In this document: positions 1 to 13,538 of the stretch, one piece after another | Layout: each line of letters begins with the position of its first letter | How positions within the stretch are numbered: position 1 is the first letter of the stretch | DNA from: Penicillus capitatus | Taxonomy: Eukaryota > Plantae > Chlorophyta | DNA: 64,000 nt | Assembly (NCBI GenBank): GCA_965649825.1 | Contig: OZ287697.1 | Coordinates: forward strand, 707,635-771,634 | Direction: 5' to 3' | Notes under the pieces: model-generated | Databases searched by the model: none | The model's input: only the letters and a program-made list of their open reading frames with translations | Told to the model about the DNA's origin: nothing | Position numbers and translations under genes: made by a program

Positions 1-480
1 TCTCTCCATGAGTCCTGGATCTTGATGGTCGCCACAAGTTGCAAGACATTGTCCTGATAATATCCAGTTTGACGATTGTGGGCAAGCTTGTGATGAAGAA
101 ACTGCGAAAATCCCCACACATGCTGACTCTCCGTGAAAACAGCACTTCCACCTTCAACCGTCATCCCTATTGGTGTGAGAAGAAAAGTGTGATACGCACC
201 CATGCACAATCGATCACCGGATGAAGATACCGCCGTGATGGATAAGAACACTTGATGTTCTTGCCGAGTCTCGCATGACAAGTATACCCCCAGAAAATCT
301 CGATTGTCTTCTCTTCTTCCACAAGGACAGATATGCCAATTCCTGTACCATACAGACAGCGTCCATGCATTCTGGCGACGTGAATGGCGTGACCAGATGG
401 AGTCGGAGAGAGTGAAGTTTGTCGAGAAGAGGCGCATTTTTCCGGCACTGAGTGGATGTCGAATGTGCCACTGGACAAGA
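1..480 (-). CDS. 3' part of a multi-exon gene with a MATH/TRAF-like segment; runs off the window start, 5' exons probably extend to about 2.3 kb
   Basis: Minus-strand frame over about 1-160 reads MTVEGGSAVFTESQHVWGFSQFLHHKLAHNRQTGYYQDNVLQLVATIKI, resembling the MATH WGF..F / GY..D.L.L...I signature. Upstream exons not resolved. Confidence 0.4.
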
Positions 481-3090
481 GTTTCTGTTAGCGGGATAAG
501 GTTGACGGACGGACCATGTATTCGGCACGGTGTTCGTCATATTTTGTTAGTCTGTATGAGTACGGGACACCATTCGTCGTGTTCTGGCCATCTGAAAGAG
601 AAACCTCATCGTCTTCAGCAAAGAACTGCGTCCGACATCGTACTTGTGACCGACATGAATCGACAATAACGAATCGAGAAAGATGCAGGCGACGGTGGTG
701 CCGACGTCATTAGCTTCGCAGTCGAGTAAAGAGCCCAGGGCCATGACAATAACCGTCTCGCATCCGGCAGCTGCGGTCGCCCCGTATGAAACCGATCTGT
801 AAGTGAGAGTGCGGCAGGGGAACGAAGTCGTCAAGAGCGAACAGCGCGAGAAGAGTCGTTCGTCGGCGCGTGCTTCATTCGCATGGTGGTTTTGCTCTTC
901 GTAGACAATCCGTCTTGGAGTGAGCACGAGACATTGCCGAAAGGGCCGACGAGTTCGGAGATTTAGAATCCCCATCTCCCGTTTTCTTCTCTTTTTGATG
1001 ACAGAAAGAGTGTGATCGTCTGTTCTGCGATCGTTCGCTTATCTGCCGTGCCAATGGGGAAATCTTACCTTGAGAGAATGTATGATAGACTCTCTGTAAC
1101 CGAAGGTGGGTACGGCTGTCCTTAAGACGCGTCCGTTTTCCTTTAACAGAATGTTTAACGATCGATATGTATCGTAGTGGGCTGCTTGAGGGCACACATG
1201 AAGAAACAAAAGTGCATGCCAGTCATCTCACGAAAGGACGTCGATCCCTGCTGACATTGAACGCCCTCGTTCGATCGATCTGTTGAAGGGATGGCGGCTC
1301 ATCGGTTTCAGGATTTACCTTCACGTTGTCTTGAAGCTGCATCTTCTTTCGAGCATCTAAAAAACGGACCAAAAGCGAAACGGTTGTTCAGGTGACGCAC
1401 TCCACACAATCTGTCTGTACGAGAAATTGACGCTTCGTCATTAGTACTACTCGCAAATGACTGTAGCTACTTTTCGACAGGTTAGGACATTTGTAGCCAT
1501 GAGGATTGCACCGTCCTCGAAGACGCTCTGGGACAGCCTGGGTAAATAGTTCAACGTTGACCCAAGAGGTCTCTCCTGCCCCTTGTGTAGTTGATGAAGA
1601 TCATGCAAGCGTGCTCACTTCCTTCTTCTACCGTAACTGATGCCAGAGAAGGCTTCTTGAGCTTGAACGATGATTTCTTTGCTGCGTAGAATGACGTCAT
1701 CTCGAAGGATATGGGTTCCGCAACTTGGTTACAATTACAGATCACCGTCACTGCCTCTGCGAGTGAATTCCGAGGTTACATAGTAAGGGTAAGATTGACT
1801 CATTGTCAGCGCGTTGAGAATGGATAGACGTCGGGAAACTGCCACACAGCGAAATTTTACGCGAACGAAGCGATATCGTGTGCCTTAAACGATCAATAAT
1901 ACGGAACGATAGAGAACGAGACAACGTCGCTCCGGACGACGCCCTTCAGATGTCATGATCTCAGTATTACCTCTGCCAGATGCCACATCTCCCTCGGAGT
2001 CGATCGACAAAGACAGACAATGACATCACAAGCAACTCAATGACCTTGGCGGTAGACGCGTCCATGACATGATCCTCTCGACGCCTGTTCCAGCAAACCC
2101 TCGAGTTTCATCAAGAACGTCTCATGTGACTTACGAGCGCACACGCAGAATAGATGAGCGCCAGACGGAGATGATCACCAAATCCGCCCACCGACGGTAC
2201 TACGCGATGGGACTGCTAACGTACCTAACCTGGTTATCCTCATCTCGTCATCGGAGTAAACCCTTTTTGCCTTTCTGCCATCTTCTGTTTGTCTGTGGCA
2301 TCTCGCTCAGGTGAAACGAGAGCGCGGTTTAGGCCAGACGTTCTTTATCCGTCGTCACCGTATCATTTTCAAATCTCCTTTCCCCCACGGAAACAACGTT
2401 TAAGACATCGATTTTGTCATCTGCTGTGATCAAATCCATGTAGATCCGCATCGCCGAGCCCTATCCTGCGTATCTTTGTGAACCGTCGCCAATTTCGATT
2501 GAAGGAACAAGCAACACCCTTCGCAAATTTCGTAATCGAGATGCAAACTGCGTGACGTATATCAAAGAGTTGTTTGTCGGGAAACTGCATCGACCATATC
2601 ACGGGCATATCCATACAGACGTTCTATTGCCTTCTTCTCTTTCCGGCAAGGTTCCGACGCATATGTGCTTTCTGACCCACGGCTTTTGTATTTTACAGGT
2701 TTGATGTTTCGCAGTCCTCCCATCGATACCAATCTCCGTCGGCCACTTCAGGAAAACAAGTCGTCGACACTGCCGAACGCCAAGAACAGCTCGTTAGCAG
2801 TCGAACGTAATTTTTGGACGTAATCTGCTCGTCCACTCTCTGCCTTGTTTGCGAATGATCTCGGTCAAAACATCGTCTAGGAAGTGGAAACTGCGCTGTC
2901 CGGAACGCAGATGCCGGAAAACGAACGGTGACGACAACCTGCACAGGCACGTTCCTTCGTTGTTTCGGGCACAGAACTGACGGCGCACACAAGCAGATGT
3001 TGCGTGCTCCTCAACCGTGTCAACTAAGAAAGTGAAACAGAAGATGGTATGCATTGTTAAACACCAAGATGCCTTGTTTAACTTTAACGG

Positions 3091-4210
3091 TTGGTCTGTG
3101 TGAAGTGTGCGGGAAACGGCGGAGATTGGGGATGTTTACCGCAAGATATCCTTCAAGCAATAACACAACATCTTCCCCGAACGGCGATCTTGATAATTCG
3201 TTTAGTCAATCGGCATTGGTCCATTGCCGGGCGGTTCCAAATCAAAAAGATCACCATCGATGCAGAGCACTTTACAGAGCACCGGAATCTTGGCGGATAT
3301 CTGAGTCAACTTGCCAATGGCACATATTGCAACCTTAGGCAACTGCAGCTCAGAACCCCATTTCATGACGACCTTCAAAATTTGAGAAGATTCACTGCCT
3401 TAACCACTCTAGACATCTCTGGATGTGCGACAACTTCGCAACAACTATCCGGAATAGGATCGCTGACACAACTCTCGGCCTTGGCCATGGGCTGGACACA
3501 CCTCGGTGATGAAGGTCCCCTCTATAACCCTCCCTCTCCCTTCCCCCTATCTCTGTGCTGTAGGGTCTGAGCATCTTACTGGGTTGACGTTACTGACCTC
3601 ACTTCGTTTAGAGTGGAGTCGCACCTCGGAAGTGACTCTGAAACAGATAACGAGATTGACGAAGTTGACAAGACTAAACATTTGTGGCATGGTCTGGTCA
3701 TCGATCGACTGTCTTATGCCGCTGAAAACGCACAAGGCACTCACTTCTCTCGATCTCAGCTGGATTCACCTGTCAGACAACACACTGTCGCCCATCTCCA
3801 GCTTGACGAATTTGATCCACCTGAACCTGGCGATGAATCCTCTGAGCAGCGCTGCTATGAATGTGATTGCTGGACTCGTGGAGCTTCGGATTCTGAACCT
3901 GAAAAAAACGAACGTTGGAAATGAGGGGCTGCGAAGACTGACGTCTTTGATGCGCTTGCGAGAACTGAACCTGAGCGAAACGGCCGTGGAAGATCGTGGA
4001 CTGCATTTTCTGACGCATTTGTCAATGCTGTCCTCTCTGGACCTAAGCAACAACTTCATGGTTGGATGGGATAGCCTAGCACATCTCATGCCACTGACGT
4101 CGCTCGGCTTCCTGCAACAACTCCAGTTGCAGAGGACACAAGCAGATGCGTCAACGGCCACATCTCTAGCCAATAGATTCCTCCCAAAAAGGCTGCGGAT
4201 AAAGTACTAG
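3091..4210 (+). CDS. RNI-like leucine-rich repeat protein (F-box/LRR type); start uncertain
   Basis: Repeated LxxLxxLxLS motifs (LTALTTLDISGC, LTSLDLSWIHLSD, LRELNLSETAVED). A 49-nt GT-AG intron at 3515-3563 joins ORFs 3091 and 3506. Confidence 0.85.
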
Positions 4211-4796
4211 TGCCGATAAAAGCCCTTTCTGTTTACTTTTGCAGGCACTATCATGCCATATACACTTTTATTGGCGTCCAGCTGGTATGTGAACTCAGTG
4301 AAATGGCATGCGTTGATAAATGCCGATCATTAGCAGCGAGTGAATGCATACTATAGCTTTCCAGCTTCCGGCATATTGCATTAGTTGTGTAGCATTCGAG
4401 TCCCTGAACACGACCGTCCGTCTGTCCGTTCACAAGTACGACGTTTGTCCGTCATCTTTATTCAAAATCAAATCTTGGGTGGACTTGAACACGCGTCTTA
4501 TCGCCTGTTGACCCTGTTCTTCTTACCTGAATGAGATGCCGTGTACCGTCCATCTGATAAAGGCGATTTCATTTAACCTTTCCCGTCAAGGGAATGTTTC
4601 TGTAGCATTCTGTCTTCGGTTTTCGTTTTCCGGCATTGTGACTGATCTTACCGAACTCGATTCACTTAGCACGGCGTGTTCTGCACCGTTGCACGTGTAC
4701 TGGGTGGATGCTCCGATCAAGTGGATGTACCAGAGGATCGTCAAAGGATGTTCTTTACAGTCAGATGTCGTGCTCGGTGGATAACGCTTCAACGGT

Positions 4797-6598
4797 TTGG
4801 TCCTTCCATTCGCACGCGCCAAGCTGTTGCCGAAACGACGACATCCGTATTTAGTCGCCTGTCTCACGGAAAACTTCGTTACCACCTCACAGCTCCTCGG
4901 CATACGACGCTATCTCCCGGGGGTCGAACTGTCTGTGCAGCTCGACGTGCCGTTTTGGTCGTCTTCACCGGTGGCGTCTGTTTCCCCTGTCGTCCACGAG
5001 TCACCGACAAACACTCGCTGTCAACCGCACGGGCCGGAGGTCGAGATTTTGCTTTCGGACCTACTACTCGGTGTACATAACTCTGGCGTCTGTCATCTGT
5101 ATCGTCCAGCATTAACAGTCCCTCGTCGAGAAGAGCATTGTACAAGGTCAAAACTAGCTATGGGTTCCGCGCATTCGGCTACCGGAAACTGTCTGTCCTG
5201 CGTCAAAGCGCACGCTGTTTCGCACAGAAGGCGAACATATACGCCTTCACAAGAAGTATGCCTCTGCCACGCGTCGTCTCCCGGTCGCAACGCTCCCGCG
5301 TCACTTGTCTGTAGGAAAATCTATCCATTGTTCTCACAGAGCGCGATTTCAGAAAGGACAATCTTATAGAGTTTGCCGAGAACAATCCCAACATTAGGCA
5401 CGTTCGTATTGGAGTCGACGAAGGCGAGTGGTGGCTACCGACGAATGAAGATTTGAAGCAGCTACAGGTTCTTCATCAGCTGACGTCACTGGATTTAAGT
5501 GGATGTCAAGAGATTAGTCGAAGAGGACTGGAGTTATTCACGCTCAATCCGGCACAAATCAAGACATTGATACTCAATGACTGTCCCAAGCTTACAGACA
5601 AGATGTTTGGAAGCATTAATTTCTTCAAACACTTGGAGCGTCTCGTTGTTCGTGGCTGTTTTCGTATCACGGATCACGGAGTGGAGGCCCTTGCGTCGCT
5701 CAAGTTCTTAGTTCATCTGGATATCTCTGTGTGTGCGACGGAGCAAGCTTCGGAACTCTGCTCGCCAAATGCATCCCCAATGATAACGGACCGTTCAACG
5801 CTAACCCTTACCAGAATGACCAAACTGAAAACGCTGGAGATGGAAGGCTGTGTGGCAGTTACAGATGAGGGATGGAGGAATCTGAAGACACTCACGAACC
5901 TTAGATCTCTCAACATCAGCTCAACGAAGGTGCAGGATGGGGGATTGGTTATTTTGGGACATTTTCCCGAGTTGCGCTATCTAGAAGTTGCCAACTGCTA
6001 TCTATCCGAAAGCCAAGCTGTTCAACAGATAACGTCGGCAATTAAGATAAAGCATTTGAATGTCTCACGGGTCCCTGGCGTTACCGACAAATTCATTGAG
6101 GGAATCGCACAGCACTTGCACCTTAGGTATCTCGATATTTCTGGGTGCGAGCATCTCTCTGATAACAGTTTAGAATACATCAACATATTTTCATCACTCG
6201 AGCACCTCAATGCAAACGCATGCCCAGGTAAGACCAATAGATCGTTGATTGGGGGTGACAGAGATCTGACTGGCTGGTCTTTAGGTATCACTGGGAAATC
6301 GCTCGGTTCTATTTCATCTCTGTCGCAGCTCCGTTCTCTTCATCTCAACGAAGCCTTCGAGATCGACTGCGAGGATGTTTTGGCGCTCGTGGCCCTGGAG
6401 CAGTTGGAAATGGGAGCTCAGTCCTCTGAGGACGAGCAACTATCCAAACTGAGCGCTCTAAGACATCTCAAAGATCTTACGCTTCATCTGATAGACGCAG
6501 AAAGTCCGCGCTGCACGAACATCGTAGGAATAAGAGTTCATTTACTTAGGCACACAAACAATGTTATTCCGGAGTGTTCATCGTCGTCATCTGACTGA
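4797..6598 (+). CDS. Second RNI-like LRR protein (FBXL-like); N-terminus uncertain
   Basis: ORF 5453-6598 has many Cys-containing LRRs (LTSLDLSGCQEIS, LERLVVRGCFRITDHG, LRYLDISGCEHLSD). Probable in-frame intron near 6228-6285. Upstream exons not confidently resolved. Confidence 0.8.
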
Positions 6599-6799
6599 TT
6601 CCTTTTATGTGAGAAGGAAGTCTGCTTGACGGCCACAACAACAACAACTCCTTGTTTGTTCCCATTCTCGTTCTTTTTTAGCTGGTTTTTACTATATATC
6701 ATCGATCTGTATTTCGTTGTTTTCGAGTCATTTATGGGTTTGTTTCTGCGTGGGTCTGCTCAGAACTGATGGTGTGCTTGAACGACATTCAATGTCTAC

Positions 6800-7483
6800 A
6801 AGTCGTGGCCACATTGACAAGAAAAGACGTCCACTGCTTCGCTAATAAAACTTCGTGGTCTCCCTCAATAATTGTGTCCCTTGATCGGAATGAACCTACG
6901 AAGATACAACTGGCATTTGCATTTTCCTTCAGCTGTCAAACACAAACAACAACTTGCAGTACGATAGTATATCAGACATTCACTCTTCGTCATCATCGCG
7001 AAGTTGTTTTCCTCGAGTCGAATCCTTTGTCGAGGATTTTGGATCTCGCTTTGCCAAACACGCTTGATCATCTGCATACAACAAAAGATTGCCGTGCAAA
7101 GTGATGCTTGCACATGACAGGCATCTTTCACCTGGGTTCAGCACGATCGTCACTTGTCCTGCCGGTGCTGGAGTCAGTCCATCATTATTGTCCTCTATCA
7201 ATCTTTCTGGATCGAATAACCACATCATCGTCGGATCCCGTACTCTCTGTAAGTAAATAGGCTCCCTGTCCACATGGAGGTTTTGAGAGAATATCCTCGG
7301 AGGGTATTGGGTGATTACGGTGCACTTTCTGTTGCGCATAGCAAGCAAAGGCAACAGGAAATGCAAATGAGGCAGATTGCTGTGGGAATGATGACGACGA
7401 GGTCATAAGGCCAGTTGATTATTTCAACTGTGTGTGTTTCTTCTACAGCCTTGCCACCATACTCTAGCAGAAGTCGAAGCATC
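6800..7483 (-). CDS. Putative membrane protein of unknown function (partial model)
   Basis: Frame MLRLLLEYGGKAVEETHTVEIINWPYDLVVIIPTAICLICISCCLCLLCA gives a TM-like helix with a Cys cluster. GT-AG intron-like gaps near 7050-7130 and 6935-6985. No family recognised. Confidence 0.25.
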
Positions 7484-8104
7484 TTGTGCACGACAAGATA
7501 TCAGCTGTTCTAAGCAGAAAGTGTAAATTGGTGTCTACGCCCTAGAATGTGGAATCAATTCGCAGTGCAGCAAAAAAGGTCGCCAGAGATTAATGAACAT
7601 GCAGAGACACGATGTACGCAATACGCGATCGATACGCCGCTTTTCTGCAGGTACTGCGAATCCAGCCGCCGGGGGGCCTTTGCGTAACGCGCGTCACCGA
7701 GTGTACAGTACTGTGGGCCGCTTCGCTCGCTCTCTTTGATGCTCTCCTAGTGGCATCACGCACCAATGCTCAGCAGAGGAGCCTAGAACGAAGGCTGACG
7801 GGGACATCAAATGATGATTTCGCTGGCGTGCCAACCCTACAATGGCTTAAGTACTGGACGCGTCCATGTGTTAGATAATGTCGCATCGGGCGGGCATGAA
7901 GATATCCGTCGCGGCAAAAGTGAAAGGGATGAGTGCTTTACAGCATCCACTGCCCTGTCTTCTCCGAGTGCCGTATTGAGAGTTGCAAAAAACAAAAGGG
8001 ACGCATGCAAAGAAGCTCTTGTCTAGCCATGCCAAAGACGACGTGTCTTTCAACAAACCTGTGAAGGGATGCATGGAAAAGGGTGGGGTCCATGGATGCT
8101 TGCA

Positions 8105-10272
8105 TCAATAGTCCGTCTTGGTGTGATGCCATCGGAAAACTGCCGAGATGGCAGACGATAACGTTATCGATGTGCATCTCTCCACAACACATGCGACATG
8201 TCCGTCTGGACGCACGACGACAGCACATGTCTTTGGACCGCTGTTGCCTGGGATCAACACCCGACCGAGGTCTTCCCCTTCAAACAGTCGTATTGCCCCA
8301 AGCACCGTTGAATCCTTCATTTCTGTAACATCGACCAGACGAGAGAACGGAACGTCGTGTGCTTCGGGGACCACACGGTCATCGCTCTTCCCTTCTGTAG
8401 GAAGCAGCAGAAGAGCATGGGCCAATGAAGCCGCTTCTGTTTTTGCCAAGGCAGACAGAAGAGCCACACATGTCTCTCTCTCGAAACCGATAAGAAGAAC
8501 AAGGCATTTGATGATCGACCAAGAAATGATATCCAGCGATGACACTACACGACCAGACGGACACAGCCTCAACCAAGTGTGAGGTAGTCGACCACCAACG
8601 ACGATTCTCGGAACAAAAGGCGTCGAACGTCCATGCCGTCGACGAGACTGATCGTCGACATTGTCGCCTGCCTCGGGAGGAGAGGCATAGACAAATCCGA
8701 GATCCTCTTTGGGAAATTGCAATCGCAGTAATCGACCTGATGCGAACATCTCTTGCACCTTCTGCCGCCTCCATGGAGCCAATGGCCCATGGTACCCACT
8801 CAAACGACGGCCTAAACGGAACAGCGTCAGCACGGCTGGCGAGCGGTTGTTTGCAGGAGCGACCGAGGCTGAGTCCTGACTCCAGAATGGACTTTGTCAA
8901 ACTCCTCGGCGCAAAGCTGCCAAAACTCTGGGCGATTACATTGCTGAATAGCGAAGCATGTTGAGGATCGAGTCCCAGTGCAGCGGGAATCGACGCAGCC
9001 TCTTTCCAGTTCTCGACACTCAGTTCAGCATTCCGCATCACGACAGGACGCCTTTCGTATGTGTAGGAAGACAAGAGATGTGCCGAAGGGGCCACATTCT
9101 TGATAGTGGCCGCCAGTTTCCACGCCAAGTTATGCGCATCCTGCATCAAATCCAGCATATCCAACGAACATACCATGTAGAGATATACCTGAATTCCGGT
9201 GTTCATACCGAAGCCTCCTGCTGGTGGGAAGACATGAGCTGCATCTCCCGCAATAAAGATATGTCCTCGTTGAAATGCATCCAGAGTGTTCGCTTTCATG
9301 ATCCATGGACGAACGGATTCGATCTGCGCGACCCGATGAGTCGACAGCTTCGATCGGCGAGCTTTACCCGGACATCGTTCAGCGGAAATCCGGCAGCGTG
9401 TCGGATCAGATCTGCACAGTGTTCGTGATCGAAATCGGATGATCGCTGAATCGGTGGAAAGAAAGGAATCTGCGCCACAAATTCGCCATCGTCCAGACAG
9501 TGCACGACAAGAACCATAACGACATGAACATTGAAGACGAAATAGAGCATCGCTGGATTCTCGGCAAGCGATTTTGCCAGAGCCTCTGAGTGGAAATGGA
9601 CACTGAGCAGGTTCTGAATGGGTCCTGTTCCTGAAGCCAATCCACCTCAGCAGCAGAGATGCCTGGATCACATGACGGACCTCGATGTGTGAGGCCTTGT
9701 TGTCGAACCAAGTGTGAATTGGCTCCATCGGCCAATACGACAAATTTTGATGTGACGTTTCGGTGGCGGTGGTCATTGTCTGTCGCATACGTCGCTGTCG
9801 CCCCTTCTCGAGTGGAAAGACAAGAGTGCACATGACTGGAGAATTGGACATCGACGTTTGGGCAGCGCTGTGCGCGATCGAGCAGCAGCGGCAGCAACTT
9901 GTTCTGAGAAAGATGCGCCACAGGTTCTGGCGAGAGATCTGTATACCGCGATGGCTGTCCACAGAAATGATCGACCTCTCCAAAGGACCCTCCCTGTAAT
10001 GTCTCGGTGTAGATGAATTTTCGCCACTGATCTAAGGGAGGCGTTCGCTCGGTGATCTCCTGAGCGAGTCCATCCAACGGCCGAAAGATCTCCATGGACC
10101 TCTGATTAATAAAATGCGCTTGAGGGTGACACGGGAGCGCCTGTCTCTTTTCTAAGAGGAGGACGGAGATATCATAGGATCCGAGTAGATTGCTGAGAAC
10201 GAGGCCTGTCGGTCCGGCGCCGGCCACCACGACGTCATAATCTGCAGCAAACAGTCGAAATAGAGGGCGCAT
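8105..10272 (-). CDS. FAD-dependent aromatic monooxygenase (PheA/TfdB, FAD_binding_3 family)
   Basis: VVVAGAGPTGL Rossmann motif, VVLADGANS, IFIAGDAAHVFPPAGGFGMNTGIQ, DAHNLAWKLA, C-terminal VVVRPDGHVA. Several ~50-nt introns. Confidence 0.92.
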
Positions 10273-10301
10273 TTCAGGTCCGCCGTCATGTCGCGTTCAC
10301 G

Positions 10302-11895
10302 ATGCATCGAACGGCTCGCTATTTGGCTATGACGAACAGAGGCATGCGTTTTCTGGACAGCTTGGTCAATTTCGAGCTCCGCACTCTGCCGGATCAAACG
10401 AATCCGAAAGAGGCGTTTCCGATAGAACGCATGAAAGACTTCCTGCACAATCTGGGTGATCCTCAGAAAGAGATGCGAGCCATACAGATCGCCGGAAGCA
10501 AAGGCAAAGGATCTGTGGCGGCGTTTTTGACGTCCATGTTCTCAGCCAGCTCTCTGAAGGCCGGATGCATCACAAGTCCTCATGTGATTCGTGTCAATGA
10601 ACGAACAGCCACGACGACTGATGGACAGGACGGCGTCGTGCAGCCGATCTCGACAGAACAACTCGATGCCCTGCTCACGGAACACAGGTAATCATCAGAT
10701 CTTGTTCACGATAGGATGCCGATGATCTGTGCGAATACCGGAGGCCTTTGATCGAGACGATGATTCAGGAGGGGCACGAAATCACCTACTTCGAAACGCT
10801 CGTGGCATTGGCCCTTGTGCACTTTGCTCGATCGGGTATAGCGCACGTCGTTATGGAAACGGGGATCGGTGGCGAGACAGATGCGACCAATTGTTTTGAA
10901 GATGGACAAGTGGACGGCACCGTTCTATGTGCGATGGAAGCAGAGCATCTGGGAATTCTGGGTGACAATCTGGATGACGTCGTCCGGAACGAAGTTTCCA
11001 TTACCAGACGTCACCGTCCGGTCATCGTTGCCCCTCAGCACACCACAGAAATGCAGCATCGAATTTTCGAACTCTGCCGTTCAAGAGAGTGTCTATTGTG
11101 CGACAGAATCGACAAGATTGTCGTTAAGCACCGATCGTATCGAGAGATAGAGACGACGATGGTAGAGGAGCTCGATATTCAGATCGACAAATCGCTTGTC
11201 GAAGGCGCAGATGATCTGGTGTTTCACGGCGTCCAGTCACGCCTCATTGGCCAACATCAACATCAGAACATACGAACGGCTCTTTTTGCAGCTCTGGTGG
11301 CCGATCTGCAGAAATGGCCGTTGACAGAGCAGGCGATGAAGCGTGGAATAGAAGACGCTTTTGTCCCGGGCAGGATGCAGACCTTCAGGGCATCGCCCAA
11401 TTCGGAGTGGTTCCTCATCGATGGCGCTCATACAAAACACGCAGCGAGATTCTTTGCGCAGCTACTGAGGACACTCTTTCCCAATGAATCCATCGCCCTC
11501 GTTCTGTGCATCGGAAAGGGCAAACAGTATGGCGAGATTCTGAAGGAGGTCATTGCAGTGCTTCCAGATGTTGTCGTCCTCACCACCTATCCCCTCGCCA
11601 AGTTCCTCTCACCAGGTGGCTTTCTCTAATCGCTGAGTGGCTGGTCTTGATGAATGCAGGGGAGTTGTATGCTCACTGGGAGGATTGTGAGACACAGTTC
11701 CGTCGACAGCAGCCATTCCGTTGCCGAAAGATGATCGCGGCAAACATGGCCACGGCCATTCTTCGAGCGCGACAGGAACTGAAAGGCGTCCTGAAGCCGA
11801 ATGCGAAATCTCCGGGCGTGATCGGTGTGACAGGATCTCTGTACGGTGCAGGAGTAGCGTTGAGTTTTTTGGAGGATGAACGAAATGACGCGTGA
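10302..11895 (+). CDS. Folylpolyglutamate synthase / dihydrofolate synthase (FolC family)
   Basis: IAGSKGKGS P-loop, TSPHV, TYFETLVALA, METGIGGETDATN, PGRMQ, IDGAHT, VTGSLY. Two introns. Confidence 0.92.
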
Positions 11896-12254
11896 GGCGT
11901 ATGACTGATCACCCAATAGACATTTTGGAAGGCGCCCTTCATATGGACGCAAGAGATTCTTTTTCCCGCATGCATACATCTCCATCTGTCACATCAATCT
12001 ACCACCATGGCACACAAAATCCATCCGCAGACCTCTCCTCAACCACTTGACATACGGCAACGGATGCATTCCATGGAAATGGACGACATCGCGGTATCTC
12101 CATATCGTGTCTGCCGTCGAGGCATAGAGAAGTGATGTGACGTCGCCTCTCTCGAATCTTGGTATGTTCAGGGTGGGAGGGGTACGTCACAACGATCTTC
12201 AGAGTATGACATGCGGGCGCAGGTTTCGGAAGTGACGTTTCGCGTACGGTAAAA

Positions 12255-12833
12255 ATGCGAACACGTCGTAGCGCGCGTCTATCGAGCCAGTCTGCCGTGG
12301 CCGCTCTCCTCGAAATCGAAGAAGAGACAGAGACGGATGCAGAGACCACTTCGGAACCCGACATCCCAACGCCGTCGCCCAAACGCGTGAAAACCAGTCC
12401 AAAGCCGCGACGCAACAGCCGTTCCGTCAAAAAGAAGGGACCCTTAACACAGCGTGTCAATAGCACCGTCAACCACACCTACGCCATTGCCGCCTCCTTA
12501 CAAAGTCCTGCAGGCCACGATGCATGTACCCCATGACTGCCACAGCGCGTCTCTTGCAACAATCGTCGTCTGTTTGTCTCAGATGGTGAACCAGTGGATG
12601 TCGTCGTGCAAGCGATTGAACGAATGGGTCCCTTAGCAAGTCTGCGTTGCGGTGTCCTTAATCAAGAGCAGAGATTAGATCGACATGTTCTGATCGATGC
12701 ACACAAGACCGAGAAGCAGTTTGCCATCGAAGTCGGGCGTTCCTTAACGCTCTGTCCACCGTGGCACGAACTCAATCTTCCGGACGGAACAAAATCGTGG
12801 ATCTGTCCCTTTGTTTTGCCACGGCGCACCTAA
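12255..12833 (+). CDS. Small protein of unknown function with acidic/basic low-complexity N-terminus
   Basis: ORFs 12255-12536 and 12594-12833 can be joined across an intron-sized gap. Basic NLS-like segment (PKRVKTSPKPRRNSRSVKKK). TGTAA at about 12884. Confidence 0.5.
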
Positions 12834-12897
12834 CACTTCATTTTCGTCTCTCCGTAGACATGAATGCCGATTTCGAGACGCCTGTAAAAGACAACAG

Positions 12898-13524
12898 TCA
12901 TTTATGTATGCGCTTATAACGACGGCAGTGTGGTCCACCTTCAGATGCCTCGGCAGCTGGCGGGAAACTCTTCTGCTTTTTCTTTAGATGTGCATTGAGC
13001 TGATCGAAGAGCGATCCTTCTGGAAGGTCACTCTCACTCGGCATCTCGCGTTTAGTCTCGGAGCTTTCGACAGAAGGACGAGGTGGTGCAGCAGGATGTT
13101 TCGTTGGATGTTCGTCGTTTCGGAGGGTCTTTGTCTTGACAGCTTCCTCATCACTTCCGTCTTCTTCGCGTTTTCTTTTGTAATCGGCGACGTGTTCAAC
13201 GCGAATCACACGACCAGCCACACGGGCGCCACTTAGATTGTCCACGGCCAGAATCGTGCTCTTCTGATTCTCGTAGGCCAGAAAAGCGAATCCTCTCGAT
13301 TTCCCTGTCGACTTGTCTTTGATGAGATTGACGTCGACGACTTCACCGTACTGTGCGAACACCGCCAACAAGTCCCCTTCGGTTAATTCGTAGTCCAATC
13401 CGCCGACATAGACGTACGCCGAATGCTTGAATCCTTCGTGCCAAGAGGCGCCTTCAGTGAGTCCCAAATCGCGCTCTTTGAGAGTGGCCTTCTGTGTATT
13501 GCGAATCTGGGTGAGAGGATTCAT
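12898..13524 (-). CDS. RBMX2: RES-complex RRM protein (RBMX2/Snu17/Ist3)
   Basis: MNPLTQIRN...SWHEGFKHSAYVYVGGLDYELTEGDLLAVFAQYGEVVDVNLIKDKSTGKSRGFAFLAYENQKSTILAVDNLSG is the diagnostic RBMX2/Ist3 RRM. Confidence 0.97.
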   Translation of the reverse strand: MNPLTQIRNTQKATLKERDLGLTEGASWHEGFKHSAYVYVGGLDYELTEGDLLAVFAQYGEVVDVNLIKDKSTGKSRGFAFLAYENQKSTILAVDNLSGARVAGRVIRVEHVADYKRKREEDGSDEEAVKTKTLRNDEHPTKHPAAPPRPSVESSETKREMPSESDLPEGSLFDQLNAHLKKKQKSFPPAAEASEGGPHCRRYKRIHK

Positions 13525-13538
13525 AATGATAGGGTAAA

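Noticed and set aside
8379-9983. 534-aa ORF as an independent gene
   Set aside because: It is a frame mosaic: only part carries monooxygenase motifs, the rest is out-of-frame read-through across introns.
8105-10272. Bacterial contamination or recent HGT of the TfdB-like monooxygenase
   Set aside because: It has host-type ~50-nt spliceosomal introns and is embedded among eukaryotic genes.
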